Assembly (NCBI GenBank): GCA_000503835.1
Contig: CP006914.1
Span: forward strand, 593,680-657,679
Direction of reading: 5' to 3'
Origin: a candidate division WWE3 bacterium RAAC2_WWE3_1
Lineage (GTDB): Bacteria; Patescibacteriota; WWE3; UBA101185; UBA10185
DNA: 64,000 nucleotides
Shown: piece by piece, positions 28,224 through 38,895 of the stretch
Layout of the letters: each line of letters opens with the position of its first letter
How positions within the stretch are numbered: the first letter of the stretch is position 1
Translations under genes and position numbers: made by a program
Notes under the pieces: generated by a model
Told to the model about the DNA's origin: nothing
Seen by the model: only the letters and a program-made list of their open reading frames with translations
Databases searched by the model: none

Positions 28224-30545
28224 ATGCAGAAAGCACTCCTACTCTCGGCTTTAATCCTATTAACTTCGCACCGGGCTTTTGCTTCCGACTGGACAGCGGT
28301 TTCGGCCCCATCGAACCAGATGGCAGTTATAGAGGTAACGCCGGAAGGGATTGTTGCCGGGGAATTCGATGACAGACTTTGGTTAAATCCATACAACGGA
28401 GTTTATCTTTCCGGGGACGGCGGAATTAGCTGGTCAAAATTGGGGATGCAAAGAAAGGGGGTTAACGTCCTAAAATATAAAGACCATACCCTTTTTGCGG
28501 GTGCGTTCTACACGACCGATACACCCGGCGGCCTGTACATCAGCCGTTATCCTTATGATGAATGGAAACATGCAGGATTAACGTATAACGTAACATCGGT
28601 CGATGCCTGCGGTAATTACATTTATCTGGGAACCAGATACTTAGGCCTTATGGTGTCTCCGGATAACGGTATTAATTGGGCACAAAAAATAGGGTCCGGA
28701 GGAATTGAAGGACCGGAGATTATGTCTCTTTTTTGCTGGGACGGGTCGGTTCTCGCCTCAACAAGAACTTCCGTCCTTTTAAGCCGGGATTACGGAGAAA
28801 CCTGGAAAACTCTCGGCGAATTTACAGGTTCGACTATCTATTCTTTTACCGGTAACGGTAATTATATTGCCGCTTCGGGAACGGGTTACGCGGGGGTTTT
28901 CATTTCCGGGGACGGGGGAAACAACTGGACAAGATCAGAGATCAGGAGTCTTCGCACGTCGAGAAAGGTCGTTTTTCAGGGACAATATCTTTACGTGGTA
29001 GACGGGCCGGAAGTGCTCGCAAGCCGGAACCGTAAAAATTTCGAAAATACCTCCTTGTCTGCACTAAGTTCGATTGATGTAAGAGATCTTGAAACTTATA
29101 AGCCTTCGGACTTTGCGCTTATGGCACTAACTACATCGGGCAAGATTTTCAGGAAATTCGTTAGCGATTATGTGTATTCTCCTCTCTTTGACCCTCCTTT
29201 AGATATTCAAAATGACCGGGAGCTCACCGAACGCATAAACGCCTACTTCGATCATCAGTATCCTCTTCTGGCATATACTTATCTGGGTGAGCCGGACGAA
29301 AACAACCGGACTACTTTAAGATACGACGGAAAAGATGGTGCAGTTCCCGAAATCTACTACAGTTCGCACAGTGGCATTGATCTTGATGCAAAATACGGTG
29401 ATCCTGTACTGGCATCGGGAAGCGGCACCGCAAGTTATTACTACTGCAAAGACTGCGGAAACTCTATAAAAATAGACCACGGGAACGGGCTTCAAACAGT
29501 GTATATGCATCTACAGAATAACCCCCTGGTACAAGGTAATGACACTATACGAGTAAATAATGGGGACGAAATAGGGAGAGTGGGCTTAACAGGGCGTACA
29601 ACAGGCCCTCACATTCATTTTGAAACAATCTCCGACACGGATAGTGACGGTCTGTTTTCCGACGAATACCCTCACGGAAGAACCGACCCGTTCGGGTGGA
29701 ATTATTCAAAATCGCCCGATCCGTGGTCTGAATTCTCCTGGAACGATGTGTTGGGCTCTCACACAGGATCTTATAGCAGAAATCTGTGGAAATTACTTTC
29801 TCCGGCCAAGCAGACCGCCCCTCTCGTAAATAACACGCGCCTGACGCTGGGAAATAAAATTGTTGAAATAGTTGACAACGCCGGTAAAAACTTCCTGCAA
29901 TTAACCTTAAGGCATGCGTCCAAACCTCAAAGAAATTTCCCGTCTCCTGCGTCGGAATATATAAGAAGCACGGCGTTTATTTTAGATATTGCAGACCAGC
30001 TCGGAAATATGTCGGCGGAAAACATTACGGTAAAGATAAAGCTCATGGTTTCCCCGGAAAACCTGATCGGGTTTATTCCGGAAACTTTAAAAATATACAG
30101 ATGGAACGGAGCCGCAGCCTCCTGGGTAGAGACGATTAGCAGTTATGACAGCGCCTCCGGGCTCATCGAAGGAGTACTGGACCATTTCAGCTATTTTGCG
30201 GTCTTCGGTGAGAAGTACAACCCACAGTCAATTTCCACGCAAATAAACATATCACCGCAACCTATCGACGGAGCTGTAGACGTGTTTCCTACAATTACCT
30301 TTACGGGAAACGGCATCCTTACCGTTTACTCTATCGATGGGGGCTACACATGGAATGATTATGGAGAACCTTTGTTGCTGGATAAACAGGGTGTGTATGA
30401 TATTTTGTACAAGTCGGAAGGCGCAGAAGAGAACTGGGAAAAAACTAAAAGTTTTGTACTAAAGGTGGGTGCGGGCATTGCAACGAACAAAATACGGGTA
30501 GTCGGAGCTACTTTCGTAACCTCAACTGATAATCCCTCCCCCTAA
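28224..30545 (+). CDS. Secreted beta-propeller (BNR/Asp-box) plus M23 metallopeptidase
   Basis: Signal peptide; SxDxGxxW repeats; HSGIDL, YMHLQ, TTGPHIHF motifs. Confidence 0.85.
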   Translation: MQKALLLSALILLTSHRAFASDWTAVSAPSNQMAVIEVTPEGIVAGEFDDRLWLNPYNGVYLSGDGGISWSKLGMQRKGVNVLKYKDHTLFAGAFYTTDTPGGLYISRYPYDEWKHAGLTYNVTSVDACGNYIYLGTRYLGLMVSPDNGINWAQKIGSGGIEGPEIMSLFCWDGSVLASTRTSVLLSRDYGETWKTLGEFTGSTIYSFTGNGNYIAASGTGYAGVFISGDGGNNWTRSEIRSLRTSRKVVFQGQYLYVVDGPEVLASRNRKNFENTSLSALSSIDVRDLETYKPSDFALMALTTSGKIFRKFVSDYVYSPLFDPPLDIQNDRELTERINAYFDHQYPLLAYTYLGEPDENNRTTLRYDGKDGAVPEIYYSSHSGIDLDAKYGDPVLASGSGTASYYYCKDCGNSIKIDHGNGLQTVYMHLQNNPLVQGNDTIRVNNGDEIGRVGLTGRTTGPHIHFETISDTDSDGLFSDEYPHGRTDPFGWNYSKSPDPWSEFSWNDVLGSHTGSYSRNLWKLLSPAKQTAPLVNNTRLTLGNKIVEIVDNAGKNFLQLTLRHASKPQRNFPSPASEYIRSTAFILDIADQLGNMSAENITVKIKLMVSPENLIGFIPETLKIYRWNGAAASWVETISSYDSASGLIEGVLDHFSYFAVFGEKYNPQSISTQINISPQPIDGAVDVFPTITFTGNGILTVYSIDGGYTWNDYGEPLLLDKQGVYDILYKSEGAEENWEKTKSFVLKVGAGIATNKIRVVGATFVTSTDNPSP

Positions 30546-31586
30546 GACCTCATTGCCTTTGTAGAATACCGCGCTTTGACCCGGGGCGACGCCGAATGTC
30601 TTAAAGGAGAGGTAGACGCTCAGGCTGTTGCCGGATTTTTTAACGGAGCCGGGTATGAGTTTTCCGAGGTGTCTTATTCTCACATCGCATTTTATTTCAT
30701 CGGTACCGGAGAACGGGTCCGTACCTATCCAGTTCAGATCGGATACGTAAAATCCGTCTGTTAAAGCCTCTTCGTAGCTCCCGATCGTCAGTGTGTTTGT
30801 CACAGCATCCTTGCCAATAATATACATCGGGTCGCCGAAATACTTCTTTAGCCGGAATCCGTGACGCTGGCCGACGGTCAAAAACGAAACGCCGTCGTGT
30901 TCACCCACCTCCTCACCTGCTGAGGTAACAACCTTTCCCTTTTTCTCCCCGATCCGTTTTTTAAGGAAGTCTTTAATGTTCACTTCCCCGATAAAACATA
31001 TTCCCATGCTTTCGGGTCGTTTGTACGAGGGAAGCATTTTATCTTTGGCAAGCGCCCTAACTTCAGGTTTGCGCATATCACCCAAAGGAAAAAGCGTATG
31101 CTGCAGCTGTCTCTGCCCCAAACGGTATAAGAAATATGACTGGTCCTTGCCCTCATCGGCACCCTTAAGGAGCTTGTATTCCCCTTCCCGATATTCAACT
31201 CCCGCATAGTGTCCGGTAGCGACAAAGTCAAATCCCTCTTTCATCGCCCACTCGTAAAAAATACCGAACTTTATTTCTTTGTTGCACATCACATCGGGAT
31301 TTGGAGTCCGGCCGGCTTCGTACTCGGTGTAAAAATAATCTATGACCCTTGTTTTGTACTCGGATCGAAAGTCCAATGTCTTAAACGGGATGTTCAACGC
31401 CATCGCGGTCTGTAGTGCATACGCCTTATCTTCATCCGCCCCGCAACCGTCATCTTCTGTATCCCAGCACTGCATAAATATGCCCGTCACTTCATAACCT
31501 TGTTCTTTTAACAATAGTGCGGCTATGGAGGAATCAACTCCTCCGCTCATACCTACGGCAACTTTTTTCATTATGGAGACACTCAT
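30522..31586 (-). CDS. mnmA: tRNA 2-thiouridine synthase
   Basis: SGGVDS, TPNPDVMCN, ATGHYA, KDQSYFL, GICF, PGQSAVFY. Confidence 0.97.
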   Translation of the reverse strand: MSVSIMKKVAVGMSGGVDSSIAALLLKEQGYEVTGIFMQCWDTEDDGCGADEDKAYALQTAMALNIPFKTLDFRSEYKTRVIDYFYTEYEAGRTPNPDVMCNKEIKFGIFYEWAMKEGFDFVATGHYAGVEYREGEYKLLKGADEGKDQSYFLYRLGQRQLQHTLFPLGDMRKPEVRALAKDKMLPSYKRPESMGICFIGEVNIKDFLKKRIGEKKGKVVTSAGEEVGEHDGVSFLTVGQRHGFRLKKYFGDPMYIIGKDAVTNTLTIGSYEEALTDGFYVSDLNWIGTDPFSGTDEIKCDVRIRHLGKLIPGSVKKSGNSLSVYLSFKTFGVAPGQSAVFYKGNEVLGGGIIS

Positions 31587-31626
31587 GTTTGCATTATATA
31601 ACCTGAGGGGGGAAATGGGGTTACAA

Positions 31627-32112
31627 TCAAACCCTGCAGTTCGTTACCGAAGAGTGCATCGCGTCAACGATGTCATTTATTATATCCAGGGCTTCTTCAT
31701 ACCCCAGCCTTCGGTAGTTATGCGGGAAGTAGTGGAAAACCAGATTCCTGCCTCTTTTCCAAACCTGCCATAGTTTTCTGGAGATTTCTCTACCTCCCCT
31801 TGCCCTACCGCATATTCTTTCAAAAACATTGCTCTTCTCTTTTATGTAGTTCGGGTTCAATATACGCCCAATTCTTATGTCGTCGCTGAAATACTCTTCT
31901 TTGGATATCAGCTTCAGATCGAGAAAAAACCTTTTTAAAAAACCTTCGTAGGCTTTTGCAAAAGGAAAGACCAAAAAGGAATAGTCGGAAATATTATCTT
32001 CCTGATGATGCGCAAAAACAAAGTTCAACACAATCTCACCGTCCTCGATAAGTCCCCTAATTTCATCGGGCATGTACTGCCATAGGGGCGAGTCGCGTTT
32101 TACTACTTCCAT
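31627..32112 (-). CDS. HEPN-like protein resembling the RnlA/LsoA C-terminal domain
   Basis: DYSFLVFPFAKAYEGFLK and RNLVFH (Rx4H). Confidence 0.55.
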   Translation of the reverse strand: MEVVKRDSPLWQYMPDEIRGLIEDGEIVLNFVFAHHQEDNISDYSFLVFPFAKAYEGFLKRFFLDLKLISKEEYFSDDIRIGRILNPNYIKEKSNVFERICGRARGGREISRKLWQVWKRGRNLVFHYFPHNYRRLGYEEALDIINDIVDAMHSSVTNCRV

Positions 32113-32156
32113 AAAAATAATTTTATCGGAAATACGGCGATTATTCGATACTTTAT

Positions 32157-32657
32157 TTAATCCGAAAATGAGCCCGCTATAAAGTGAGACGCCGTAAAAG
32201 CTTCTGTAGGAACTATCAGGACATTAACTTTTTTTCCTTCGGCGTCAAACTCTGCGTTCGCTACTCCGGGATATGTACCCACGTCGAGAGAAAAGATCCT
32301 TTGTACGGAACCCCAGCCGGGCTTAATAAAAAACTTTACATAACTAATATCTCCGGAGTTGGGCGCTGTAACGAAAGGCAGTGTGTAAGAGCTGGTTTCA
32401 CCTCCGCTTGTCATGGAAATTTTCTTTCCCGAGAACAGACCTTCCCGGCATTCGTCGAGATCCGCACAACCGTACTGATAAAGATCCCACGTGCCGTGCG
32501 AAGAATTGACCACTACCGAAAAGCCCGTGGAATAACCGGGAACGGAAATACCTTTAACCTCGGAGCCGGTTCTAAGACTGACAATAAAAAAGACAAAGGG
32601 GGCCGCTATAAAGAACGCGGCTATAATAAAGAACAAGGCTCCAAAACCTTTACTCAT
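32157..32657 (-). CDS. Membrane-anchored hypothetical protein
   Basis: N-terminal TM, 166 aa. Confidence 0.65.
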   Translation of the reverse strand: MSKGFGALFFIIAAFFIAAPFVFFIVSLRTGSEVKGISVPGYSTGFSVVVNSSHGTWDLYQYGCADLDECREGLFSGKKISMTSGGETSSYTLPFVTAPNSGDISYVKFFIKPGWGSVQRIFSLDVGTYPGVANAEFDAEGKKVNVLIVPTEAFTASHFIAGSFSD

Positions 32658-32721
32658 ACAAGAATGAACTCATAAATTGGATACCGAGTCAAGAAGTTTT
32701 ATCACCCTGTATAATACAAGC

Positions 32722-33843
32722 ATGAAACAGCCTAAAATTGCTTTTGTTCACGACTACCTCGTCAACTACGGAGGGGCTGAGAAAGTTCTGGAAGCGCTGT
32801 TGGAACTGTATCCCGGCGGTCCTGTCTACACCAGCATGTACGACCCGGCAAAACTTTCGGACACGATTACAGGACGGAAAATAATATGCCCCCAAACCGC
32901 CCTTTTTAAAAAATTTCCGAAGTACCTGACTTTTTTGATGCCGATGGTTTTCGAGGATTTCGACCTGCGTGAATACGATATTGTTGTTTCGGATTCCTCA
33001 GCCTGGTCAAAGGGGGTGCTGACAAAACCCGAACAATTGCACATAAGCTACATACACACACCTCCGAGATTTTTATATAAATATTCGGTCGAAAGTGCTA
33101 AAAGATCAGCTTGGTACTTCAAGCCATTCGTCACGGTTCTCGACTCCCTGTTAAGGGTTTGGGATCAAAGCGCCGCCCAAAGACCAAATTATCTTATAGC
33201 CAATTCCGAAGAAGTCCGTTCAAGGATTAAGAAATTTTATGGAAGGGACGCCCAAGTTATCTATCCTCCCGTTGAAGTTGTTGTAGAAACCTCACCGGCT
33301 GGCGGGAATAAAAAACCTTATTTCCTTGCCATGGGCCGCCTTGCCGCATACAAGAATTTCAATCTGGTCATCGAAGCGTTCAGAAACATCCCCGTCGAAC
33401 TTTGGATAGCAGGTACCGGACGCGAAGAAGAAGGACTAAAAGGAATGGCCGGGTCTAATGTAAAGTTTTTGGGAAAGATCAGCGACATCGAAAAACATTC
33501 GGTTATTGAGAACTGTCTTGGAGTTATCAACGCCGTTAAAGACGAGGACTTCGGTATTGTCCCGGTCGAAGCAATGGCCCACGGCAAGCCTGTATTAGCT
33601 CACAAGTCGGGGGGACATCTGGAAACGGTCATCGAAGGAGTGAACGGTATGTTTTTTGAAGACGGTGATGTAAAAGAACTGGAATTAAAAATAAAGGAAT
33701 TTGAGCAGGCTATCCTGGATAATAAGTTCAATCCGAAAATAATAAAAGAATCGGTAGTAAAATTTTCCAAACAACGTTTTCAGAATGAAATAAAAGCTTT
33801 CATCGAAGAAAAGTGGGCGGAGCATCAAAAATACAATGCCTGA
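32722..33843 (+). CDS. GT4 family glycosyltransferase
   Basis: HDYLVNYGGAEKV, EDFGIVPVEAMAHG; start at ATG 32722. Confidence 0.92.
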   Translation: MKQPKIAFVHDYLVNYGGAEKVLEALLELYPGGPVYTSMYDPAKLSDTITGRKIICPQTALFKKFPKYLTFLMPMVFEDFDLREYDIVVSDSSAWSKGVLTKPEQLHISYIHTPPRFLYKYSVESAKRSAWYFKPFVTVLDSLLRVWDQSAAQRPNYLIANSEEVRSRIKKFYGRDAQVIYPPVEVVVETSPAGGNKKPYFLAMGRLAAYKNFNLVIEAFRNIPVELWIAGTGREEEGLKGMAGSNVKFLGKISDIEKHSVIENCLGVINAVKDEDFGIVPVEAMAHGKPVLAHKSGGHLETVIEGVNGMFFEDGDVKELELKIKEFEQAILDNKFNPKIIKESVVKFSKQRFQNEIKAFIEEKWAEHQKYNA

Positions 33844-34663
33844 ACTTCCCGAAACTCACACGATTGCCGCCCTGTTGAATAAAGGTCTCAAAGGAAAAAC
33901 CATTTCTAAAGTTCAGGTTTTCAAGGATTACAGAGCCTTGCCGTCAACCGAAGTTTTTATTAAAGCCGTGACAGGCAAAAAGATTGAATCGGTGAAAAGA
34001 GTGGCCAAAAACATCCTCGTCGAACTCTCGAACGGAACACACATACTTTTTCACCTCGCGATGACCGGCCGGTTGTTGCTGTGGAACGACCTTATCGGGA
34101 ATGAAAGGTGGGTGAAAGTAATCCTGCACCTGGACAATGGGACTAAGCTTACCTTCAGCGACATGAGAATGTTCGGAAAGGCCGCAATCCTCAGTCCAAA
34201 ACAAACGGGGGAACTTGCGGCGAGGTATGGTCCGGAACCCCTGGATGAAAATACAACCCCACAACAATTGTTTGAAAATCTTAAAACCAAAAGGACAAAT
34301 ATCAAAAACGCGCTTCTTAATCAAGAGATAATATCGGGATTGGGAAATATATATGTAACGGACGCGCTTTTTCTCGCCGGAATCAATCCGCTTATCGGAA
34401 CAAATGAGGTCACGTTAGAAACTGTTACCCGACTGCTTGACTCGATAAGGTCGGTTCTTAGAGAAAGCATAAAATTAGGGGGCTCTACCCTCGGCGATAA
34501 AATGTACGTTGACCCGTTCGGAAGGGAAGGAAAATATCAGGAGTATTTTAAGATATACTCCAGAGAAAAATGCCCGGTGTGCGGGTCGAAAGTAAGTTTC
34601 ATTAAAATATCGGGAAGGGGCACATATTTTTGCCCGGTCTGCCAACCCCTAAATAGGCAATGA
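33836..34663 (+). CDS. mutM: Formamidopyrimidine-DNA glycosylase
   Basis: MPELPE, HLAMTG, GLGNIY, C-terminal CPVC...RGTYFCPVCQ. Confidence 0.95.
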   Translation: MPELPETHTIAALLNKGLKGKTISKVQVFKDYRALPSTEVFIKAVTGKKIESVKRVAKNILVELSNGTHILFHLAMTGRLLLWNDLIGNERWVKVILHLDNGTKLTFSDMRMFGKAAILSPKQTGELAARYGPEPLDENTTPQQLFENLKTKRTNIKNALLNQEIISGLGNIYVTDALFLAGINPLIGTNEVTLETVTRLLDSIRSVLRESIKLGGSTLGDKMYVDPFGREGKYQEYFKIYSREKCPVCGSKVSFIKISGRGTYFCPVCQPLNRQ

Positions 34664-35724
34664 AAATATCGGAGCTAAGATTAACTAACTTCCGCAACCA
34701 CAAAAAATTAAGACTTGACCTTGACCACGACATCGTGCTTTTAACGGGTCCCAACGGGGCAGGAAAAACCAACATCCTTGAAGCCATATACGCCTTATCT
34801 ACAGGAAAATCCATTAAAGCCAAATACGACAGGGATATGATAAATTACACCGCTCAATTCTCAACAGCGGGGGCCGATATCGAGAACTCGTCAGGTAAAT
34901 ATCTTCTTGAAATGCAGGTTATAAAAGAGGATGACTTTTCAAATATTTCGTCTAAGAAAACCAAAGTGAATAAAGTTCCCAAGTCCCTGGCGTCCTTTTC
35001 CGGAATATTTAACAGCGTCATGTTCTCTCCGGAAGATTTAAATATAATAACGGGTTCCCCCTCAGAGAGAAGAAAGTACATGGACGCTATTCTCGTTCAG
35101 ACCGACAAGAATTATAAAAGAAACGTTGCCGCCTATTTAAAGGCGGTGCGTCAAAGGAACAAGATTCTGGAAAAGATCGCTGAAGAAAACAGAGGCTGGG
35201 ACGAGATAGAATACTGGACAAAAAAATGTCTGGAACACGGAACCTACATTCAGAAACAAAGAGTCAAATTGTTTGATTACTTTAATAAAAAATTACCCGG
35301 TGCGATTGAAAAACTAAACGGTAAAAATACCGAAGTTGATATCAAATATCTAATGAACGAAATTTCTGACGAACGTCTGAAAAAACACGAAGATAACGAG
35401 ATACATGCGAAGACTACTCTCGTGGGACCTCACCGCGATGATTTTTGTATCTTTCACAAGAACCACAATTTAGCTGAATTCGGTTCAAGAGGAGAACAAA
35501 GAAGCGTGATGCTCGCTTTAAAACTTTGCGAGATAAATTACATCGAGCAGGAAAACGAGGAAAGACCCGTGCTTCTTCTCGACGACATATTCTCTGAGCT
35601 TGATGAAGATCACCGTAGTTCTGTTTTCAATATTCTGGAGCAACAGCAGACTATAATTACGAGCACCGAATCGCCTGATTTCCTTTCAAGTAAAGGCAAT
35701 ACGCACGAGATAAAAGTATTGTAA
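34660..35724 (+). CDS. recF: DNA replication/repair protein RecF
   Basis: FRN, GPNGAGKTN, GPHRDD, SRGEQR, LLLDDIFSELD. Confidence 0.95.
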   Translation: MKISELRLTNFRNHKKLRLDLDHDIVLLTGPNGAGKTNILEAIYALSTGKSIKAKYDRDMINYTAQFSTAGADIENSSGKYLLEMQVIKEDDFSNISSKKTKVNKVPKSLASFSGIFNSVMFSPEDLNIITGSPSERRKYMDAILVQTDKNYKRNVAAYLKAVRQRNKILEKIAEENRGWDEIEYWTKKCLEHGTYIQKQRVKLFDYFNKKLPGAIEKLNGKNTEVDIKYLMNEISDERLKKHEDNEIHAKTTLVGPHRDDFCIFHKNHNLAEFGSRGEQRSVMLALKLCEINYIEQENEERPVLLLDDIFSELDEDHRSSVFNILEQQQTIITSTESPDFLSSKGNTHEIKVL

Positions 35725-35753
35725 CCTGCGGGAAATATGCGAGAATTATCTCA

Positions 35754-36746
35754 ATGTTCTTCCCGGAATTTACCGTCACGCAGAAAACCTTAAAAAATAT
35801 CGGAACGATAGAATATTCCCGCGCAATCGCGGATAGTGTAAAAATCCTTCCCGTGTGGGAAAAGCAATTGAGAAAAGAGTCGCTGACAGCAAGAATATAT
35901 TCCCTGCTTAAGATTGAAGGCACGGGCATTGATGAGCAAATTATAAAGGCGTCTCTGGAAGGATTCATCGAAAATAAACCCCAGGAAGTTATCAATTTCG
36001 ACAATGCCTTGAGATCGGTGAGGGAGATTGGAAGAAAATTGGAGCTGGAAGAGATTGACATAAAATATGTTAATCAGACACTTACCGGTCGTCTTATGCC
36101 GAAAACAAAACAGGGAGCGTACAGAACAGTTAAAAAGACCGGTCGTCCGGATCCGGGAGAAATTCTGGCAAAAATAGTAACGCTTTTTGACTGGTTGAAC
36201 AGTTTGGACGCGAGAGAAAATCATCCTTTAATAACCGCTGCAATACTTTCTGCGGAAATATTAAGGATGGAGCCGTTCGAAAATTTTAATCAATCCACGG
36301 CGTCCATAGCATTTGATCTCGTGCTTGAATCTTACGGCTACAGTCTCGGAGGTCTTATAGAAATCGATTCCTACTTTTTAAGCTCACGAAAAGAATTCGA
36401 AGAAACACTGGTCGAGATCGAAAAAAATAATTTTGATTACACCCGGTGGCTCGAATATGTGACACACGGCTTCTCCACCAAGACGTATAACCTGATTGAA
36501 AAAATAAAACTGCTGGAGAAGGATACCAAAATCGCAAGGGCAACCGGAAGGGTAAAAGTTACCGAAAGACAGGAACGCATTATCGAGTACCTGCAGGATT
36601 ACGGCCTTCTGCAGAATAAGGATTTCCCCGTCGTTTTCCCGGGAATTTCCGAAGACACCGTTCTGCGCGATCTTAAATCCCTGCTCGACCGCAAAATCAT
36701 CAAAAAATCGGGGAGCACCAAATCTTCCCGTTACGAACTTAGCTAG
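35754..36746 (+). CDS. Fic-fold protein with C-terminal HTH (degenerate active site)
   Basis: S...IEGT, HPLITAA, EPFENFNQSTA in place of HPFxDGNGR; C-terminal SEDTVLRDL HTH. Confidence 0.75.
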   Translation: MFFPEFTVTQKTLKNIGTIEYSRAIADSVKILPVWEKQLRKESLTARIYSLLKIEGTGIDEQIIKASLEGFIENKPQEVINFDNALRSVREIGRKLELEEIDIKYVNQTLTGRLMPKTKQGAYRTVKKTGRPDPGEILAKIVTLFDWLNSLDARENHPLITAAILSAEILRMEPFENFNQSTASIAFDLVLESYGYSLGGLIEIDSYFLSSRKEFEETLVEIEKNNFDYTRWLEYVTHGFSTKTYNLIEKIKLLEKDTKIARATGRVKVTERQERIIEYLQDYGLLQNKDFPVVFPGISEDTVLRDLKSLLDRKIIKKSGSTKSSRYELS

Positions 36747-36761
36747 TGATAGAATAGACAC

Positions 36762-38519
36762 ATGAAATTTAAAGAGTTTGCAACGTACCTGGAACGTCTG
36801 GAAACCACTCCCAAAAGATTAGAGATAACCGATATCATTGGTGAACTTATCAGGAAGCTCGGGCACGAAGAAACTCCGCAGGCCGTTTACTTATCTCTGG
36901 GGTATTTAAAGGCTCCTTTTGAAAACAGGGTGTTCAATATGGCCGACAGGCAAGTGGTAAAAATCCTGCAGGCTCTCACGGGCGAGAACGTGCCGGTTCT
37001 TTACGCAGAACTCGGGGATCTGGGGTCGGTCGCAAAAACTGTCCTTTCTAAAAATATTGATAACAAATACAGTGTTATCGAAGTTTATGACAAGTTAATG
37101 GAAATAGCCTGTGTCGAAGGTTCCGGATCCGTTGAATTGAAAATGAAAAAAACCATGACTCTGCTCAATTCCGTAGACTCCCTTTCGGCAAAATTTATAA
37201 CAAGAATCATTTTAGGGACAGTTCGGCTTGGTTTCACGGAACTCACTGTAGTCAGCGCACTGGCGTTGATATCGGGCGATAAAAAGCTGGCGGAAAAGAT
37301 AGAGCGCGTCTACAACGAGCATCCCGATATCGGACTGATTGCACAAAGAATAAAGGAAGACGGAATTAAAGGTCTCAACAAAATTGATATTGAACCCGGA
37401 GTTCCCGTTCTCTCGCAAAAATGTCAGCGAGTAAGCGGAATGGAAGAAGCGTTCAAAAGAATTCCCAATGTCTGGGCTGAATTCAAATTCGACGGAACGC
37501 GTGTACAGCTTCATATGGACAGAAATAAAAAGGCTGGGGACGGTGCCGGCACGCCCGACCTGTTCGGCGAATCGGCTAATAAATTTCTCATGAAAACTTA
37601 TACGAGAAATCTTGAGGAAACAACCCACCAGTACCCTGATTTGCTTGAGGCTGCAAACAAACAAATTAAAGCGGATTCCGTAATACTCGACGGGGAGGCA
37701 ATAGGGTTCAATAAAGAAACCGGTGCCTTTCTTCCATTTCAGGAAACAATACAAAGAAAAAGAAAGCATGGGGTAACCGAAGCCGCAAAAAACATTCCGT
37801 TAAAATACTTTGTGTTCGACATACTTTACCTGAACGGCAAATCTACAACAGAATTACCTTTACGGGAGCGGAAGAAAATCCTGAAAAAAATTGTGGCCGC
37901 AGGCGACACCGTAGTGGTAGATGAAGATATGGAAACTGAAAGTTTTGAAAAACTGGTAGAGTATTTTGAAATCGCTAAAGAAAAGGGGTTGGAGGGACTA
38001 ATTGTAAAAAACCCGGATGATAATTACCAGGCGGGGGCGCGAAGTTACTCATGGATAAAACTTAAAAAGGCCGACGAAAAGCTGCTGGCAGACTCGGTGG
38101 ACTGCGTGTTGCTGGGCTACTATCACGGCAAAGGCGTGCGTTCGAAGTTCGGGATAGGAGGCTTTCTGGTAGGCGTAATGGACAAGGATAACGAAGTATT
38201 TAAGACAGTAACAAAGGTAGGTACCGGACTGACGGACGAAGAATGGGTAAAGATAAAAAAACTTGCCGACAAATTTAAAATAAAATCCGTTCCTAAAAAT
38301 GTGCTAATCGAAAAATCTCTCATGCCCGACGTGCTTATAGAACCCCGCATAGTTTTGGAGATCGGCGCCGATGAAATAAGTGTTTCCCAAAACCACACAT
38401 CGGGATATGCACTAAGGTTTCCGAGATTAATAAAATTCAGGGAAGATAAAAATCCTACCGAAGCCACTAATCTCAAGGAGATAGAACTGCTGTTTAAAAA
38501 ACAGAGAGGAAGGGTATAA
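36762..38519 (+). CDS. ATP-dependent DNA ligase
   Basis: EFKFDGTR, ILDGE, FDILY, EGLIVK, WIKLK, LRFPR. Confidence 0.93.
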   Translation: MKFKEFATYLERLETTPKRLEITDIIGELIRKLGHEETPQAVYLSLGYLKAPFENRVFNMADRQVVKILQALTGENVPVLYAELGDLGSVAKTVLSKNIDNKYSVIEVYDKLMEIACVEGSGSVELKMKKTMTLLNSVDSLSAKFITRIILGTVRLGFTELTVVSALALISGDKKLAEKIERVYNEHPDIGLIAQRIKEDGIKGLNKIDIEPGVPVLSQKCQRVSGMEEAFKRIPNVWAEFKFDGTRVQLHMDRNKKAGDGAGTPDLFGESANKFLMKTYTRNLEETTHQYPDLLEAANKQIKADSVILDGEAIGFNKETGAFLPFQETIQRKRKHGVTEAAKNIPLKYFVFDILYLNGKSTTELPLRERKKILKKIVAAGDTVVVDEDMETESFEKLVEYFEIAKEKGLEGLIVKNPDDNYQAGARSYSWIKLKKADEKLLADSVDCVLLGYYHGKGVRSKFGIGGFLVGVMDKDNEVFKTVTKVGTGLTDEEWVKIKKLADKFKIKSVPKNVLIEKSLMPDVLIEPRIVLEIGADEISVSQNHTSGYALRFPRLIKFREDKNPTEATNLKEIELLFKKQRGRV

Positions 38520-38873
38520 ATGGAACCCGAAAATACAAATGAAAAGAAAGGTATACAGCTTGACCCAAAGATAGCCGCGGCGCTTTCGTATCTTCTCCCT
38601 CCGCTGTCGGGAATCTTCTTTATCATAAAAGGTAAAGAAAATGATTTTGTAAGATTTCACTCATATCAGTCCGTACTTTTCGGACTTTTCTCTTACGCAC
38701 TATATTGGATTGCTACTATATCTCTTCCTTCATTACTCGGATTTCCTGTTTATAAGTTCGTTTCGGCCGCTGCGATACTGATGTGGATGTTTTTAATGCT
38801 CAAAGCGTTTGCGGGGGATGAGTTTGAACTTCCTTATATAGGCAAAATAGCAAAAGAACAGTCAAAGAAATAG
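38520..38873 (+). CDS. DUF4870-like small membrane protein
   Basis: AAALSYL...FVRFHSYQS...FELPYIG. Confidence 0.75.
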   Translation: MEPENTNEKKGIQLDPKIAAALSYLLPPLSGIFFIIKGKENDFVRFHSYQSVLFGLFSYALYWIATISLPSLLGFPVYKFVSAAAILMWMFLMLKAFAGDEFELPYIGKIAKEQSKK

Positions 38874-38895
38874 CGATAGACTGCCCGAACAACAT

